Shown: positions 9,740 to 19,972 of the stretch, piece after piece
Position numbering within the stretch: position 1 is the stretch's first letter
Layout: every line of letters starts with the position of its first letter
Source of the DNA: Actinomycetes bacterium
GTDB lineage: Bacteria > Actinomycetota > Acidimicrobiia > Acidimicrobiales > JAKAVM01
NCBI GenBank assembly: GCA_021817065.1
Contig: JAKAWH010000003.1
Coordinates: forward strand, 1 to 60,895
DNA: 60,895 bases
Direction: 5' to 3'
The notes under the pieces: model-generated
Told to the model about the DNA's origin: nothing
The model's database searches: none
The model's input: the letters and a program-made list of their open reading frames with translations, nothing else
Made by a program: the position numbers and the translations under genes

Positions 9740-11797
9740 GTGAACAGGCTCAGTAGCGAGTCCAGCCCGTACCTCCTCCAGCACCGCGACAATCCGGTCG
9801 ACTGGTACCCGTGGGGTGCCGAGGCGTTCGAGAGGGCCCGAGCCCAGGACAAGCCGATCCTCCTTTCGGTGGGGTACTCCTCCTGTCATTGGTGCCACGT
9901 CATGGCCCACGAGTCCTTCGAGGACGAAGCAACCGCCCAGGTGATGAACGACCACTTCGTCAGCGTCAAGGTGGATCGGGAGGAACGCCCGGACGTGGAC
10001 GCTGTCTACATGGAGGCCACCCAGGCCATCACCGGCAGGGGCGGATGGCCCATGACCGTCTTCCTCACCCCGGCCGGCAAGCCGTTCTTCGCGGGAACGT
10101 ACTTTCCCAAAGTGGCACGCGGGGGGCTTCCCTCCTTCGTGGAGCTCCTCGAGGCGGTAGCAGATGCCTGGCGCGACCAGCGCGAGGACCTGGAAACCCG
10201 AGCGGGGACGCTGACCGAAGCGATCGCCTCCACTTCGGCGACAATGGATGGCTCCGCGGACCTGGCCGATCTCGCCGAGAGTTCTGCCGGCGCGCTCCGG
10301 CGCTGGGCGCTGGAGGCGTGGGACCCCGGTTGGGGCGGCTTCGGTCGCGCTCCTAAGTTCCCCCAGGCGGGGGTCATCGAGATGGCCTTGCGCTGGGCAC
10401 GAGGCGAACCGTCCGACGACCAGGCGTTCGCGATGGCCGCCACCTCCCTGGCCGGGATGGCGGCGGGAGGGATCTACGACCATCTGGGGGGCGGATTCCA
10501 TCGTTACTCGACGGACCAGCGGTGGCTCGTCCCCCACTTCGAGAAGATGCTCTACGACCAGGCCCAGCTGCTCACCGCCTACGTGACCGGCTGGCAATCG
10601 ACTGGGGAGGCAGCTTGGCTGCAGGTGGCCCGGGAGACAGTCTCCTACGTACTGTCGGGCCTGGCGCTGCCGGGCGGCGGTCTGGCCTCGGCGGAGGACG
10701 CCGACTCGGAGGGCGAGGAGGGTCGTTTCTACCTATGGAGGGCCAAGGAGATCAGGGAGGCGCTGCCCGATCACCTCGCCGATGCCCTCATGGACTTCTA
10801 CGACATCACCTGGAAAGGGAACCTCAGCGGCCTCATGGAAGGCGGTGAGGGACTGAACATCCTGCACCGACCCCCCGGGGCCCCGCTGCTCCGGCCCGCC
10901 GACGTCGAGGAGGCGCGCGCCCTGCTCCTGGAGCACCGCTCCCGGCGCCCGCACCCTGGCCTGGACACCTTGGTGCTGACCGAGTGGAATGCCATGTTCC
11001 TCTCCGCCCTTGCCCGTGCTGCCGGGGCTACCGGCGACCCCGCATGGCACCGGGCGGCCACCGACCTGGGGGATTTCCTCCTCGCCCGCCTGCGGCGCTC
11101 CGGGGACGGGCGCTGGATGCGCTCGTGGCAGGGGGGGAGGGCGCTCCACCTGGGATACGCGGCCGACTACGCCTGGATCGTCGACGCCTTCACCCGCCTG
11201 GGAGAGCTCACCGGACGTCGAGCGTGGACCGAGGCGGCGATCGAGGCCGCCGAGGGGCTTGTGGACCTCTTCTGGGACGACAAGGTCGGTGGCTTCTTCA
11301 CCGCCGGTGCAGACGCGGAGCAGCTAGTGGTCAGGCACAAGGACCTTTTTGACGGGTCGACGCCGTCGGCGAACTCGGCCGCCGCCCTGGCGCTGTGGCG
11401 ACTCGGCGCCCTCACCGGCAACGAGCGCTTCCACGAAACGGCCGGGCGCACTCTCGCCCACCTCGGCGAGGCGATGGCGACCCATCCCGGCGCCAGCTCC
11501 TTCGGAATCGGCGCGCTCCAACTGATCGCCCGAGGGGCCATCGAGGTGGTGGTAGCCGGAGAACGTCCCGACCTTGTCGAGGTGGTCCAGCGCACCTGGG
11601 TGCCCGAAGGGGTTCTCGCCTGGGGTGAGCCCTATCCCACGCCGCTGTGGGAAGGACGAACCCCGCTTGCAGCAGAACCCCAGAAGGAAGGCACCGGTCT
11701 CGCCTACGTGTGCGAGGGATTCACCTGCGAGATGCCGACGGGAGACCCTCTGCTTCTGGCGGCCCAGCTCGACCGACTCCGGCGACCGCCCCGGTAG
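9740..11797 (+). CDS. thioredoxin-domain protein of the DUF255/YyaL family
   Basis: 685 aa: [22 protein letters not shown] and SSCHWCHVM, followed by a long alpha/alpha-toroid-like C-terminal region. Confidence 0.8.
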   Translation: MNRLSSESSPYLLQHRDNPVDWYPWGAEAFERARAQDKPILLSVGYSSCHWCHVMAHESFEDEATAQVMNDHFVSVKVDREERPDVDAVYMEATQAITGRGGWPMTVFLTPAGKPFFAGTYFPKVARGGLPSFVELLEAVADAWRDQREDLETRAGTLTEAIASTSATMDGSADLADLAESSAGALRRWALEAWDPGWGGFGRAPKFPQAGVIEMALRWARGEPSDDQAFAMAATSLAGMAAGGIYDHLGGGFHRYSTDQRWLVPHFEKMLYDQAQLLTAYVTGWQSTGEAAWLQVARETVSYVLSGLALPGGGLASAEDADSEGEEGRFYLWRAKEIREALPDHLADALMDFYDITWKGNLSGLMEGGEGLNILHRPPGAPLLRPADVEEARALLLEHRSRRPHPGLDTLVLTEWNAMFLSALARAAGATGDPAWHRAATDLGDFLLARLRRSGDGRWMRSWQGGRALHLGYAADYAWIVDAFTRLGELTGRRAWTEAAIEAAEGLVDLFWDDKVGGFFTAGADAEQLVVRHKDLFDGSTPSANSAAALALWRLGALTGNERFHETAGRTLAHLGEAMATHPGASSFGIGALQLIARGAIEVVVAGERPDLVEVVQRTWVPEGVLAWGEPYPTPLWEGRTPLAAEPQKEGTGLAYVCEGFTCEMPTGDPLLLAAQLDRLRRPPR

Positions 11798-12872
11798 CCG
11801 TCCCGACAACCCGGGCAGGAGTGACCTCACGCTCCGCGGGTTCGATGGACCGGGCGGTCGTCCCTGCTGCCTCCAGGGCCTCGCGGAACCGATGGCTCTC
11901 CAACTTGTCGGCGGTGGCCTCATAGGCCCGGGTGGCGATCCCGTCGAGTCCCTCGCGACGCATCAGATTGAAGCCGTGCTTCTCCACTTCGGCCCGGTTG
12001 GGCCGGAGCAGAAGCACCGTGGCGCCATTCTGGCGAGCCATGGCCACTTCGTGAGCCAGAGTCACTGCGGGTGGACGCCGGAAGAGATTCGCCGGCGAGA
12101 AGATGTTGCGGTCTTCGGTGTCGAAGGCCATCGGGGCCACCCCGATGATCAGGTCGCATCCCCCGGCGACCGCCAGGTCGAGATTGGTGCTCGAATGCAC
12201 CCCTCCGTCCACCAGCACCTTCTTTCCGAGCGACACTGGAGGGTAGACCCCTGGGATGGCACACGAGGCCATCACCGCCCGCGATAGGGTCGCGGGCGGC
12301 GAACCCTCCCTACCGAGCACCAGCCTCTGCCCTGAAACGATGTCCACCGCGCAGAGCCACAGCGGTTGCTCAGGCCAGGCTGCGGGCAAGTCGTGCTCGA
12401 GGCGCTGCCGCCCTTCCCCGAGCGAGAACATCCCGCCGGGAAAAGCGTGCCGGAGGAAGCGCGGCATCGAAGGCAGCGGCACCCGGACCGCCGAGCGAGC
12501 GAGCACGAACGCCGATCCGAGCAGGTGGGCTATCAGGTCGAGCGGCGAGTGGAATGCAGGAGCGAAGATCTGGAGCTTGTCGCGGCTCACGCCGTTCTCA
12601 GCGGAAGCAAGTGGGGAACCCGGAAGCACCGGAACCGCCAGCACTCCGGCTTGCCTCCCTGCATCGCCGTCCCCAAAAGTCTGTTCCCACATCTCCTCCA
12701 ATGCGAGGCCGGAGCGCAGGTACGCGCCGATCACCGATCCTGCACTGGTGCCGATGATGAGATCGGCGCGGGCGGGATCCAGCCCTGCTTCGTCGCGAAG
12801 CGCCCGCAGGACCCCGACGTGATATGCCATTCCGACGGTGCCACCGGCACCGAGAACAAGACCGACCTTCAC
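11721..12872 (-). CDS. patatin-like phospholipase
   Basis: GAGGTVG glycine loop, GTSAGS nucleophile and a VDGG motif are present. The start was trimmed to the GTG at 12872, just after the upstream gene's stop at 12884. The 3' end overlaps the convergent gene by 77 nt. Confidence 0.7.
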   Translation of the reverse strand: MKVGLVLGAGGTVGMAYHVGVLRALRDEAGLDPARADLIIGTSAGSVIGAYLRSGLALEEMWEQTFGDGDAGRQAGVLAVPVLPGSPLASAENGVSRDKLQIFAPAFHSPLDLIAHLLGSAFVLARSAVRVPLPSMPRFLRHAFPGGMFSLGEGRQRLEHDLPAAWPEQPLWLCAVDIVSGQRLVLGREGSPPATLSRAVMASCAIPGVYPPVSLGKKVLVDGGVHSSTNLDLAVAGGCDLIIGVAPMAFDTEDRNIFSPANLFRRPPAVTLAHEVAMARQNGATVLLLRPNRAEVEKHGFNLMRREGLDGIATRAYEATADKLESHRFREALEAAGTTARSIEPAEREVTPARVVGTATGAVAGVGRAGPPEAEGLPSASRR

Positions 12873-12883
12873 TGAGTCCAGTG

Positions 12884-13561
12884 CTATTTCATCAGCTTGG
12901 ACGAGGCGAGGTCCTCCGCCATCGCCCAACCGAAGGCGACCAGGCGCTCTCCGGAAATGGGGTGGAGACCGTGAAAGAACTCGCTGAACCCGTCGCCGAT
13001 GCGCTCGGGCTTCGGCGAGGTGTAGTCCAGGCCACCCCACTGCTGGGGTCCCGAAGGAGCAAGCCGGAAGGTGCGGTCGTCAAGCTTCCCGTCCGCCCCA
13101 AACCGTTTGGCCAGCCGCCGCCCCCACGCGCGTTCCTCGCCGGACGCCTTGTGCCCGGGGCGGGGAACCACCTCTTCCAACCCTCGGAAGGCGTCGTAGC
13201 CCCCCACGTCTATCAACCGGGTGCCGACCAGAACATCTTCGTCCGGGAACGCGAGCACCGCCCTCCGGTACTGGTCGGCCATGAGCTGCCGCAACAAGGT
13301 GTCCCGCCGGACCGTTCGTTTCACCGAAGCCACCCCCACCAGAACGGAGGGGGTCCCACCGATCCGCTCCAGAGTGGAGAAGGAAAATGCCTGGAGCTTG
13401 CCCTTCTCCCTCACCTGGGTGGTGAGGACCCATTCCTCCCGCTCCTTGGATAGAAACCCGAGGTCGATACCTGCGTCCCCGCACTCGCAGATGTCGGCCA
13501 TCTCTGCCAGCTCGGAATCTCCGAGCGCCGTACAGTCCTTGGTGTCAACCTCTAGGGCCAT
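12884..13561 (-). CDS. hypothetical protein
   Basis: 225 aa ORF between dnaE and the patatin gene on the same strand. Third-position GC is coding-like. I recognise no motif. Confidence 0.5.
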   Translation of the reverse strand: MALEVDTKDCTALGDSELAEMADICECGDAGIDLGFLSKEREEWVLTTQVREKGKLQAFSFSTLERIGGTPSVLVGVASVKRTVRRDTLLRQLMADQYRRAVLAFPDEDVLVGTRLIDVGGYDAFRGLEEVVPRPGHKASGEERAWGRRLAKRFGADGKLDDRTFRLAPSGPQQWGGLDYTSPKPERIGDGFSEFFHGLHPISGERLVAFGWAMAEDLASSKLMK

Positions 13562-13682
13562 TCCACGTACCTTCCACTCAAGGAACCCTGCTGGTCAGTT
13601 TACCGGGATTCGCAGGGCCGTCGCATACTTGCCCCGGCGCCCCAACCACCGTGAGGCGTGTTCAGGCCCCGCTGAGCCTGCA

Positions 13683-13702
13683 GGGGACCCCGGCCCGTCC
13701 CC
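13683..13702 (-). terminator. possible dnaE terminator hairpin
   Basis: The minus-strand RNA reads GGGGAC-gggccgg-GUCCCC, starting 16 nt after the dnaE stop. There is no U-tract. Confidence 0.3.
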
Positions 13703-13717
13703 GATTCGCAGGTCGGT

Positions 13718-16700
13718 TCAGACCACCACGGCGTCGCGCCCCAGCATCACCCGCAGCTCGGCCAGCAGGCCCGACCGGGGATCCACCCGGCAATCGGGAG
13801 GGAGCTGCCAGCTCCGTGGCCCGACCTTCACGATCACCTCCACCTCTCCCGGATGACGGTCAAGTACCCCGCGGAGCGCCTCGGCTGCCGAACCGTCGAA
13901 GAAAGCCGGTGGCAACGTGATCTCCACCGGGCGGTCCTGCGGGCTCAGCTCCAGGGTCTGGATCTCCATGCACACCAGTTTGGGACGATCGTCCCGGGTG
14001 TCGATCCTTCCCTTCACCGCCACCACCCGGTCGTCCGACAGCATCTCGCCGACATCCTCGTAGGCATTGGGGAACACCCAGACCTCGATGGTCGATTCGA
14101 GATCCTCCAGCGAAAAAGTCGCCATCGCCTTTCCCTGCTTGGTGTATCGCCGGGACACCCCTGTCATCACCCCGGCCAGTCTCTTGACGTCGGTCTGCCC
14201 GTACCCGTTTCCCCCGCCCGTACCGAATGCACCACCAGCCTGGGTCGAGTCGAGCGCCTCGGCGATCGAACAGTCGGCGAAGGAGGACAGCTCCCGCTCG
14301 AAGCCGGACAGGGGGTGGGAACTCACGTAGAGACCCAGCATTTCCTTCTCCGCGGCGAGCAGCGACGCCTGCTCGTACTCAACATCGGGAATCTCCACCT
14401 GCATCTCGTCGCGGCCCGAGGGCTCGGTGGCGTACTCGGCGTCGAGGGACTCGAACAATGACATGATCCCCAGCTCCCTCTCCCGCCGCCGGGCCAGAGT
14501 CGCATTGATGATCGCCTCCGATGCCTGGGCAAGGCCCTTTCGGGGATGGCCCAGAGAATCGAACGCCCCGGCCTTGATGAGCGACTCCACCGTCCTCTTG
14601 TTGAGCACCGTAGGGTCGACCCGCTCGCAAAAGTCGTAGAAGTCCCGGAACGCTCCCCGTTCCCGGCGCTCGGCGGTGATCAGAGCGACCAGCCCCTCCC
14701 CCACATTTCGCACTGCAGAGAGCCCGAAGCTGATCGCCTTGTCCGAGCCGGGGGTGAATTCCGATTCCGAGGTGTTGACGTCGGGGACGGTCACAGTTAT
14801 CCGCATCACTCTGCACTCGGCCAAGTACACCGCCGTCTTGTCCTTGTCGTCCTTGACCGAGGTGAGCAGCGCTGCCATATAGGCCACCGGATGGTTGGCC
14901 TTCAACCATGCAGTCTGGTACGAGACGAGCCCGTAGCCGTAGGAGTGGCTCTTGTTGAACGCGTAGTCGGCGAAGGGCTCGATGATGTCGAACAATTGGG
15001 TGCCCAGGTCCCGCCCGTACCCGGTAGCCTCGCATCCCGATACGAACTTCTCACGCTCGGCAGCCATGATCGAACGGACCTTCTTGCCGGCCGCCTTGCG
15101 GAGATTGTCCGCCTCTTCCAGGGTGTAGCCGGCGAATTTCTGGGCGACCCGCATCACCGATTCCTGGTAGATCATCAGACCGTAGGTGTCGCCGATGATC
15201 TGCTCCAGCTCCGGGTGGAGGTAGGTGATCGGCTTGCGCCCGTTCTTTCGGTCGGCGTAGTCGTTGTGCATGTTGGCCGCCATCGGCCCCGGACGGTAGA
15301 GCGCGACCAGGGCTGCGATGTCGTCGAATGTGGTCGGGTTGAGAGAACGCATGAGCGATCGCATCGCGCCGCCTTCCAGCTGGAAGACACCGATCGAGTC
15401 GCCCCGCCGAAGCATCTCGAACACCCGGGCGTCGTCGAGCGGGATGGAATCGATGTCGGGCCGGGCCCCAGTGGCCCTCTCGATGAGATCCATTGCCCGT
15501 TCGATCACGGTGAGGTTCCGCAGACCAAGGAAGTCCATCTTCAAGAGCCCCAGCTCCTCGACACCGTGCATCTCGTACTGAGTGACGATGGGTGCAGCTT
15601 CCTGATCGGCACCGGCCTCCGGCTTGCGTTGGATTGGAAGGTAGTCAGTGAGCGGACCGTCGGTGATCACCACCGCAGCAGCGTGTATGGAATCCTGCCG
15701 CCGCAGTCCTTCCAGCCCCTTGGCGACGTCGACCACCCGGCGAACCTCGGGGTCGGTGTCGCACATATCGCGCAGCTCGGAAGCCGCCACGAAGCCGTCC
15801 TCGTAGCCCTCGGTCCTTTCCAGGCACGCGTAGAGCGGGGTATCGCGTCCCATCACCAGGGGCGGCATCGCCTTGGCGATCCGGTCCCCCACCTGGTATG
15901 GCAGAGCGAGGACCCGCGCTGCATCGCGCACCGCAGCCCTCGCTTTGATGGTGGAGAACGTCACGATCTGCGCGACGTGGTCCCAGCCGTACTTGTCCGC
16001 CGCGTACTTGATCAGATCGCCCCGGTACCGTTCGTCGAAGTCCATGTCGATGTCGGGCATCTGCTTGCGGCCCGGATTGAGGAACCGCTCGAAGAGGAGG
16101 TCGTAACGGATCGGATCGAGGTCCACGATCCGTAGGCAGTAGGCAACGCAGCACCCTGCCGCCGATCCCCGCCCGGGCCCCACCCGAATACCCTGCCGCT
16201 TCGCATAGGCGATCAAGTCCCACACCACCAGGAAATACGCCTCGAAACCCATGTCTGCGATGACCCCCAGCTCGTACTCGATGCGATCCCTCACCGATGG
16301 TTCGAGTGGTTCCCCGTATCGTTCGGCAGCACCCTGGTAGGTGAGGTGCCGCAAGTAGGCCCGGGTTGAAGCGGCATAGTCGATGCCACCCGCACCGGAG
16401 GCGACGGCGAACTCCGGCGGCACGTCGAAGGACGGAAGGCGGGCATTGCCGAACTCGATATCCACATGGGCCCGCTCCGCGATCCAAAGGGTGTTGTCGC
16501 AGGCTCGCGGCAGCTCCGAGAAAAGCGCTCGCATTTCCGCAGAGGTCTTGAGGAAATGCTCATCGCCGTCGAACTTGAAACGGCCCGGATCGTTCATCGT
16601 TGAGTTGGTCTGGACACACAGCAAAGCGTCGTGAGCTGCCGCGTCCTCACGATGGGTGTAGTGACTGTCGTTGGTGGCGATTAGGGGAGCGTCCAGGTGA

Positions 16701-17338
16701 TCGGCGATCTCGACCAACGCCGGATTGCACTGGTGCTGGAGAGCAATTCCATGGTCCTGGAGCTCGACGAAAAGGTTGTCCTTGCCGAAGATGTCCTGGA
16801 GCCTTCCGGCGATCTTGGTGGCGCCCGCCACATCTCCTGCCGCCAGCGCCTGATTGACGAGCCCACCCAGGCACCCGGTAGTAGCAATAATCCCCTCGTG
16901 ATACTTATCGAGGAGTTCCCAGTCCAGGCGCGGCTTGTAATAGTAACCGGTGAGATATGCCTCGGAACCCAACTTGATCAGGTTCCGGTAGCCCTGAGTG
17001 TTCTCGGCAAGGAGGGTGAGATGGTAGTAGAGCTTCTCGCCCGAGCCGGTGTCCCCCCCGGTGTCGTCGATCTTGCCCCGACGGGAGGGCCGTTCGAAGC
17101 GGCTCTCGGCAGCCATGTACGCCTCCAGCCCGATGATCGGGTTCACGCCCACATCGGTGCACTGCTTGTAGAAGTCGAGGACCCCGTACATGTTGCCGTG
17201 ATCGGTGATGGCGAGAGCCGGCTGCCCGTCGGCGGCGGCGGCACGAACCAGCTCGGCGAGGCGCGAGGCTCCGTCCAGCATGGAGTACTCGGTGTGAACG
17301 TGGAGATGGGCGAATTTGCCGGAAGTCGTGCCGCTCAC
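13718..17338 (-). CDS. dnaE: DNA polymerase III alpha subunit
   Basis: 1206 aa with N-terminal PHP domain HLHVHTEYSMLDG. Length and architecture are typical of DnaE1. Confidence 0.92.
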   Translation of the reverse strand: MSGTTSGKFAHLHVHTEYSMLDGASRLAELVRAAAADGQPALAITDHGNMYGVLDFYKQCTDVGVNPIIGLEAYMAAESRFERPSRRGKIDDTGGDTGSGEKLYYHLTLLAENTQGYRNLIKLGSEAYLTGYYYKPRLDWELLDKYHEGIIATTGCLGGLVNQALAAGDVAGATKIAGRLQDIFGKDNLFVELQDHGIALQHQCNPALVEIADHLDAPLIATNDSHYTHREDAAAHDALLCVQTNSTMNDPGRFKFDGDEHFLKTSAEMRALFSELPRACDNTLWIAERAHVDIEFGNARLPSFDVPPEFAVASGAGGIDYAASTRAYLRHLTYQGAAERYGEPLEPSVRDRIEYELGVIADMGFEAYFLVVWDLIAYAKRQGIRVGPGRGSAAGCCVAYCLRIVDLDPIRYDLLFERFLNPGRKQMPDIDMDFDERYRGDLIKYAADKYGWDHVAQIVTFSTIKARAAVRDAARVLALPYQVGDRIAKAMPPLVMGRDTPLYACLERTEGYEDGFVAASELRDMCDTDPEVRRVVDVAKGLEGLRRQDSIHAAAVVITDGPLTDYLPIQRKPEAGADQEAAPIVTQYEMHGVEELGLLKMDFLGLRNLTVIERAMDLIERATGARPDIDSIPLDDARVFEMLRRGDSIGVFQLEGGAMRSLMRSLNPTTFDDIAALVALYRPGPMAANMHNDYADRKNGRKPITYLHPELEQIIGDTYGLMIYQESVMRVAQKFAGYTLEEADNLRKAAGKKVRSIMAAEREKFVSGCEATGYGRDLGTQLFDIIEPFADYAFNKSHSYGYGLVSYQTAWLKANHPVAYMAALLTSVKDDKDKTAVYLAECRVMRITVTVPDVNTSESEFTPGSDKAISFGLSAVRNVGEGLVALITAERRERGAFRDFYDFCERVDPTVLNKRTVESLIKAGAFDSLGHPRKGLAQASEAIINATLARRRERELGIMSLFESLDAEYATEPSGRDEMQVEIPDVEYEQASLLAAEKEMLGLYVSSHPLSGFERELSSFADCSIAEALDSTQAGGAFGTGGGNGYGQTDVKRLAGVMTGVSRRYTKQGKAMATFSLEDLESTIEVWVFPNAYEDVGEMLSDDRVVAVKGRIDTRDDRPKLVCMEIQTLELSPQDRPVEITLPPAFFDGSAAEALRGVLDRHPGEVEVIVKVGPRSWQLPPDCRVDPRSGLLAELRVMLGRDAVVV

Positions 17339-17443
17339 CCGCTCACCGTATCGCGCTCATCTGGCGCCGGTGTGGTTGGCGGGAACTGGCTACCGGAGCA
17401 CGAATGTGCCGACGTACAGCCGCTGGTGCCCGGCGCCAGCACG

Positions 17444-17974
17444 CTACAGATAGGGCCCGGTGCCCGGTCCGATCCCGGATTCCCCGGGGTTGTGGCCAGC
17501 GGGCAGCCCCCGCTCGCGCATCTGCTCCAACTGAGAGCGAGCTGCCATCTGCTGGGCGAACAGGGTGGCCTGGATCCCGTGGAAGAGACCCTCCAGCCAA
17601 CCCACCAACTGGGCCTGGGCGACCCGGAGCTCGGCCTCCGATGGCGTCTGCTCCCCGAAAGGGAACGAGATCCGGCCCAGTTCGGACGCGAGGTTGCCCG
17701 ACAACCCGCTGGCCAGCTCGTGGACCGAGATCTCGTAGATCTCCTTCATCCTCTCCCGTGAGGCCTCGTCGAGGGGCGCCTGGCGCACTTCGTCGAGAAG
17801 CTGCTTGAGCATCGAACCGATCCTTATGACCTTGCCCGGCTCCGAGACGGTGTCGCCCTCCTCCCCGTCGCTTTCGTCAGAGGGAGGTGGATCCGACCCG
17901 GACGGAGTGCCGCGTGCTCCCGGCCCACCGCCCGGGGAAACCAGTTCTGCTATCTCGTCAGGGTTAGGTACCAC
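17444..17974 (-). CDS. bpa: bacterial proteasome activator
   Basis: VIRIGSMLKQLLDEVRQAPLDEASR...AQAQLVGWLEGLFHGIQATLFAQQMAARSQLEQMR closely parallels mycobacterial Bpa/PafE as I recall it. The C-terminal GPYL resembles the GQYL proteasome-docking tail. The start is uncertain (GTG at 17974 after GAGGAGG; the track start at 18058 would collide with the divergent gene). Confidence 0.8.
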   Translation of the reverse strand: MVPNPDEIAELVSPGGGPGARGTPSGSDPPPSDESDGEEGDTVSEPGKVIRIGSMLKQLLDEVRQAPLDEASRERMKEIYEISVHELASGLSGNLASELGRISFPFGEQTPSEAELRVAQAQLVGWLEGLFHGIQATLFAQQMAARSQLEQMRERGLPAGHNPGESGIGPGTGPYL

Positions 17975-18026
17975 GACCCTCCTCGTGCTCTCTGCGACGT
18001 CCGGACAACCCGGCCACCTGCCCACG

Positions 18027-18512
18027 ATGTCATACCATGGGAAGGTGAAGGTATCCACACGGGGCGATTACGCCTCCCGGGCTTTGCTCTCCCTCGCCCT
18101 CCACCAGGACGACAGCGGCCCGACCTCGGTCAAGGAGATCGCCGAGCGGACCGGCCTTCCCCAACCCTATCTGGAGCAGATCCTCCTCGCCCTCAAGGGC
18201 GCGGGCCTGGTGCGCTCCAAGCGCGGCATGGGCGGCGGCTACGTACTCGCCCGCCCTCCCGGCGAGATCAGCTTGGGACAGATCGTCTCGGCGGTGGACG
18301 GCCCCATCGTGGCCGGTGATTTCGGGAGACCTCACGAGAACGGAGCATGTGACCACGAGGGCCAGTGCGTCCTGCTCGCGGTGTGGGCCGACGTCGGGGA
18401 GCACATGCGAGAGCACCTCGACTCGTTCACCCTGGCCGATATGGTCCGCCGAGCGCGGGGATCGGCGACCGAGGACTCGCGGACCCGTTCCCTGGCCGCT
18501 CCGCTGGCTTAG
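18027..18512 (+). CDS. Rrf2-family transcriptional regulator
   Basis: KVSTRGDYASRALLSLAL...VKEIAERTGLPQPYLEQILLALKGAGLVRSKRGMGGGY is a winged-helix Rrf2 signature. Start is the ATG at 18027 or the GTG at 18045. Confidence 0.8.
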   Translation: MSYHGKVKVSTRGDYASRALLSLALHQDDSGPTSVKEIAERTGLPQPYLEQILLALKGAGLVRSKRGMGGGYVLARPPGEISLGQIVSAVDGPIVAGDFGRPHENGACDHEGQCVLLAVWADVGEHMREHLDSFTLADMVRRARGSATEDSRTRSLAAPLA

Positions 18513-18521
18513 CCATCCGCC

Positions 18522-19208
18522 GTGCCCTCCGTCCCGGCTCGGCAGCCGACCGTGCCTGACACCCGCGCCGAGCTGTCGCTCGAGGTGCATCCCTCTCCAG
18601 CCCCGGTGATCACCCTCGTCCGGCACGGGCAGACCGAGTGGAGCCTGGACGGTCGCCATACCAGCGTCACTGACATCCCCCTGACCACCGACGGCGAGAA
18701 AGAAGCCCGAGCGCTGCGGGCTCCGCTCGCCAGAACCGACTTCGACCTTGTCGTGGTGAGCCCGATGCACCGTGCACGGGCGACCGCCGATCTGGCCGGT
18801 CTTGGAAGTCGGGCCGAAGTCTGGGAGGACCTGAGGGAGTGGAACTACGGCTCCTACGAGGGCATTGCCACGCCGGAGATCCGGAGCTCCCGTCCCGACT
18901 GGAACATCTTCGAGCACGGAGCACCGGGGGGCGAGAGCACCGAGGATGTCGGCGAACGAGCGGACCGGGTGATCGCACGGTTTCGGAGCAGCGGTGCGCG
19001 GCGGATCGCCGCCTTCGCCCACAGCCACATCCTCCGGGTGATCGGTGCACGGTGGATCGACCTCCATCCATCGGGAGGCATCCGGCTGGTCCTCTCCACC
19101 GCCTCGATCTCCGAGCTGGGCTACGAGAGGGAAACGCCTGCCCTCACCCGCTGGAACGATACCGGGCACCTCTGGAACGGATCGGCCCCACCAGCAACGG
19201 CTAGCTAG
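18522..19208 (+). CDS. histidine phosphatase (phosphoglycerate-mutase-like) family protein
   Basis: LVRHGQTEW (RHG motif) and later AHSHILR. 228 aa; the start may lie further in. Confidence 0.75.
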   Translation: MPSVPARQPTVPDTRAELSLEVHPSPAPVITLVRHGQTEWSLDGRHTSVTDIPLTTDGEKEARALRAPLARTDFDLVVVSPMHRARATADLAGLGSRAEVWEDLREWNYGSYEGIATPEIRSSRPDWNIFEHGAPGGESTEDVGERADRVIARFRSSGARRIAAFAHSHILRVIGARWIDLHPSGGIRLVLSTASISELGYERETPALTRWNDTGHLWNGSAPPATAS

Positions 19209-19213
19209 GAAAG

Positions 19214-19243
19214 CTTCGGCGCTTCGGGCAGGGATCGCCGAAG
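19214..19243. terminator. hairpin between convergent genes
   Basis: CTTCGGCG (19214-19221) pairs with CGCCGAAG (19236-19243): an 8-bp stem with a 14-nt loop. It lies between the stops at 19208 (+) and 19277 (-). Confidence 0.4.
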
Positions 19244-19276
19244 GAAGCCGAGTATCTACCCACCCGGCTCGGCCGG

Positions 19277-19969
19277 CTAGGAACGCCCGGACCTGCGCAC
19301 AACCACGAACGGCGTCAACTGCCCGCCCTGGCCGATCGGGTTGTCCATCAGGATGCTCCGGGCTTCGCTGGGAGTCACCGGCAGGTCGCGGCTGGAGCCG
19401 AGGACCTCAACGTTGATGTTGTTGGCATCGATGATCGCCACCGGGCAGTCCAGGTGGGACCCGTAGCGCTCGGAGGCAGCGGCTGGATCCTCGGGGCCCA
19501 GCATCGCGAATTCGTCGAAGGGCGCCACGGTTTCCGGGTTGAAACCGTCGATCTCCGAGATCCGGTGCCCGGCAATCCGGTAAAAGTCACCATGCCTGCC
19601 GAAGAGCCGCGTGACCCCACCTGCTGCCATGGCCAACGCCGTGCGCGACCACCCCGCCTGCATGATCGCCACCTGCATCTTGCGGGGATCCGAGTAGCCG
19701 ACGTCGTTCTCGTACTTCTTGACCCCCTTGACGATCAACTTGGCCAGCAACCCGGGCCGCACGACAGAACGGTGGATCACCCTACCCTCCGAAATGGCCA
19801 CCACCTTCTCCGACAGGGCCACCCAGTCCCCTGGAGCGAGAAGCGGTCGGACGTAGGTGTCGAGCACCGGTTCCAGGGGTTCCTTGACATGTATCAGATG
19901 GGTCGTGACCGGAATCCGCTCCCAGGTCGCTCCGGCTGCCTCGATCGTTGACTCGATATCTTCGGGCAA
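19277..19969 (-). CDS. CofE-like protein (F420-0:gamma-glutamyl ligase family)
   Basis: LLAPGDWVALSEKVVAISEGRVI, AIIDANN and C-terminal GQGGQLTPFVVVR mirror the CofE pattern (GD..v..S...SkaEGR, iTDtNG, G.PaVVVRG). TTG start lies 7 nt after GGAGGA and 3 nt after the upstream stop. Confidence 0.55.
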   Translation of the reverse strand: MPEDIESTIEAAGATWERIPVTTHLIHVKEPLEPVLDTYVRPLLAPGDWVALSEKVVAISEGRVIHRSVVRPGLLAKLIVKGVKKYENDVGYSDPRKMQVAIMQAGWSRTALAMAAGGVTRLFGRHGDFYRIAGHRISEIDGFNPETVAPFDEFAMLGPEDPAAASERYGSHLDCPVAIIDANNINVEVLGSSRDLPVTPSEARSILMDNPIGQGGQLTPFVVVRRSGRS

Positions 19970-19972
19970 TTG

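Noticed and set aside
14546-16135. Long ORFs antisense to real genes. Examples: 14546-16135 versus dnaE, 9686-10597 versus the DUF255 gene, 27599-28909 versus ileS, 33772-35403 versus ftsZ/ftsQ, 47757-49241 versus rsmH/mraZ, 52126-53661 versus ROK, and 6708-7649 versus menB.
   Set aside because: Their products are Arg/Pro/Gly-rich low-complexity sequences with no recognisable motifs. They lie opposite genes with strong family signatures. Open antisense frames of this kind are an expected by-product of high GC3 codon bias.
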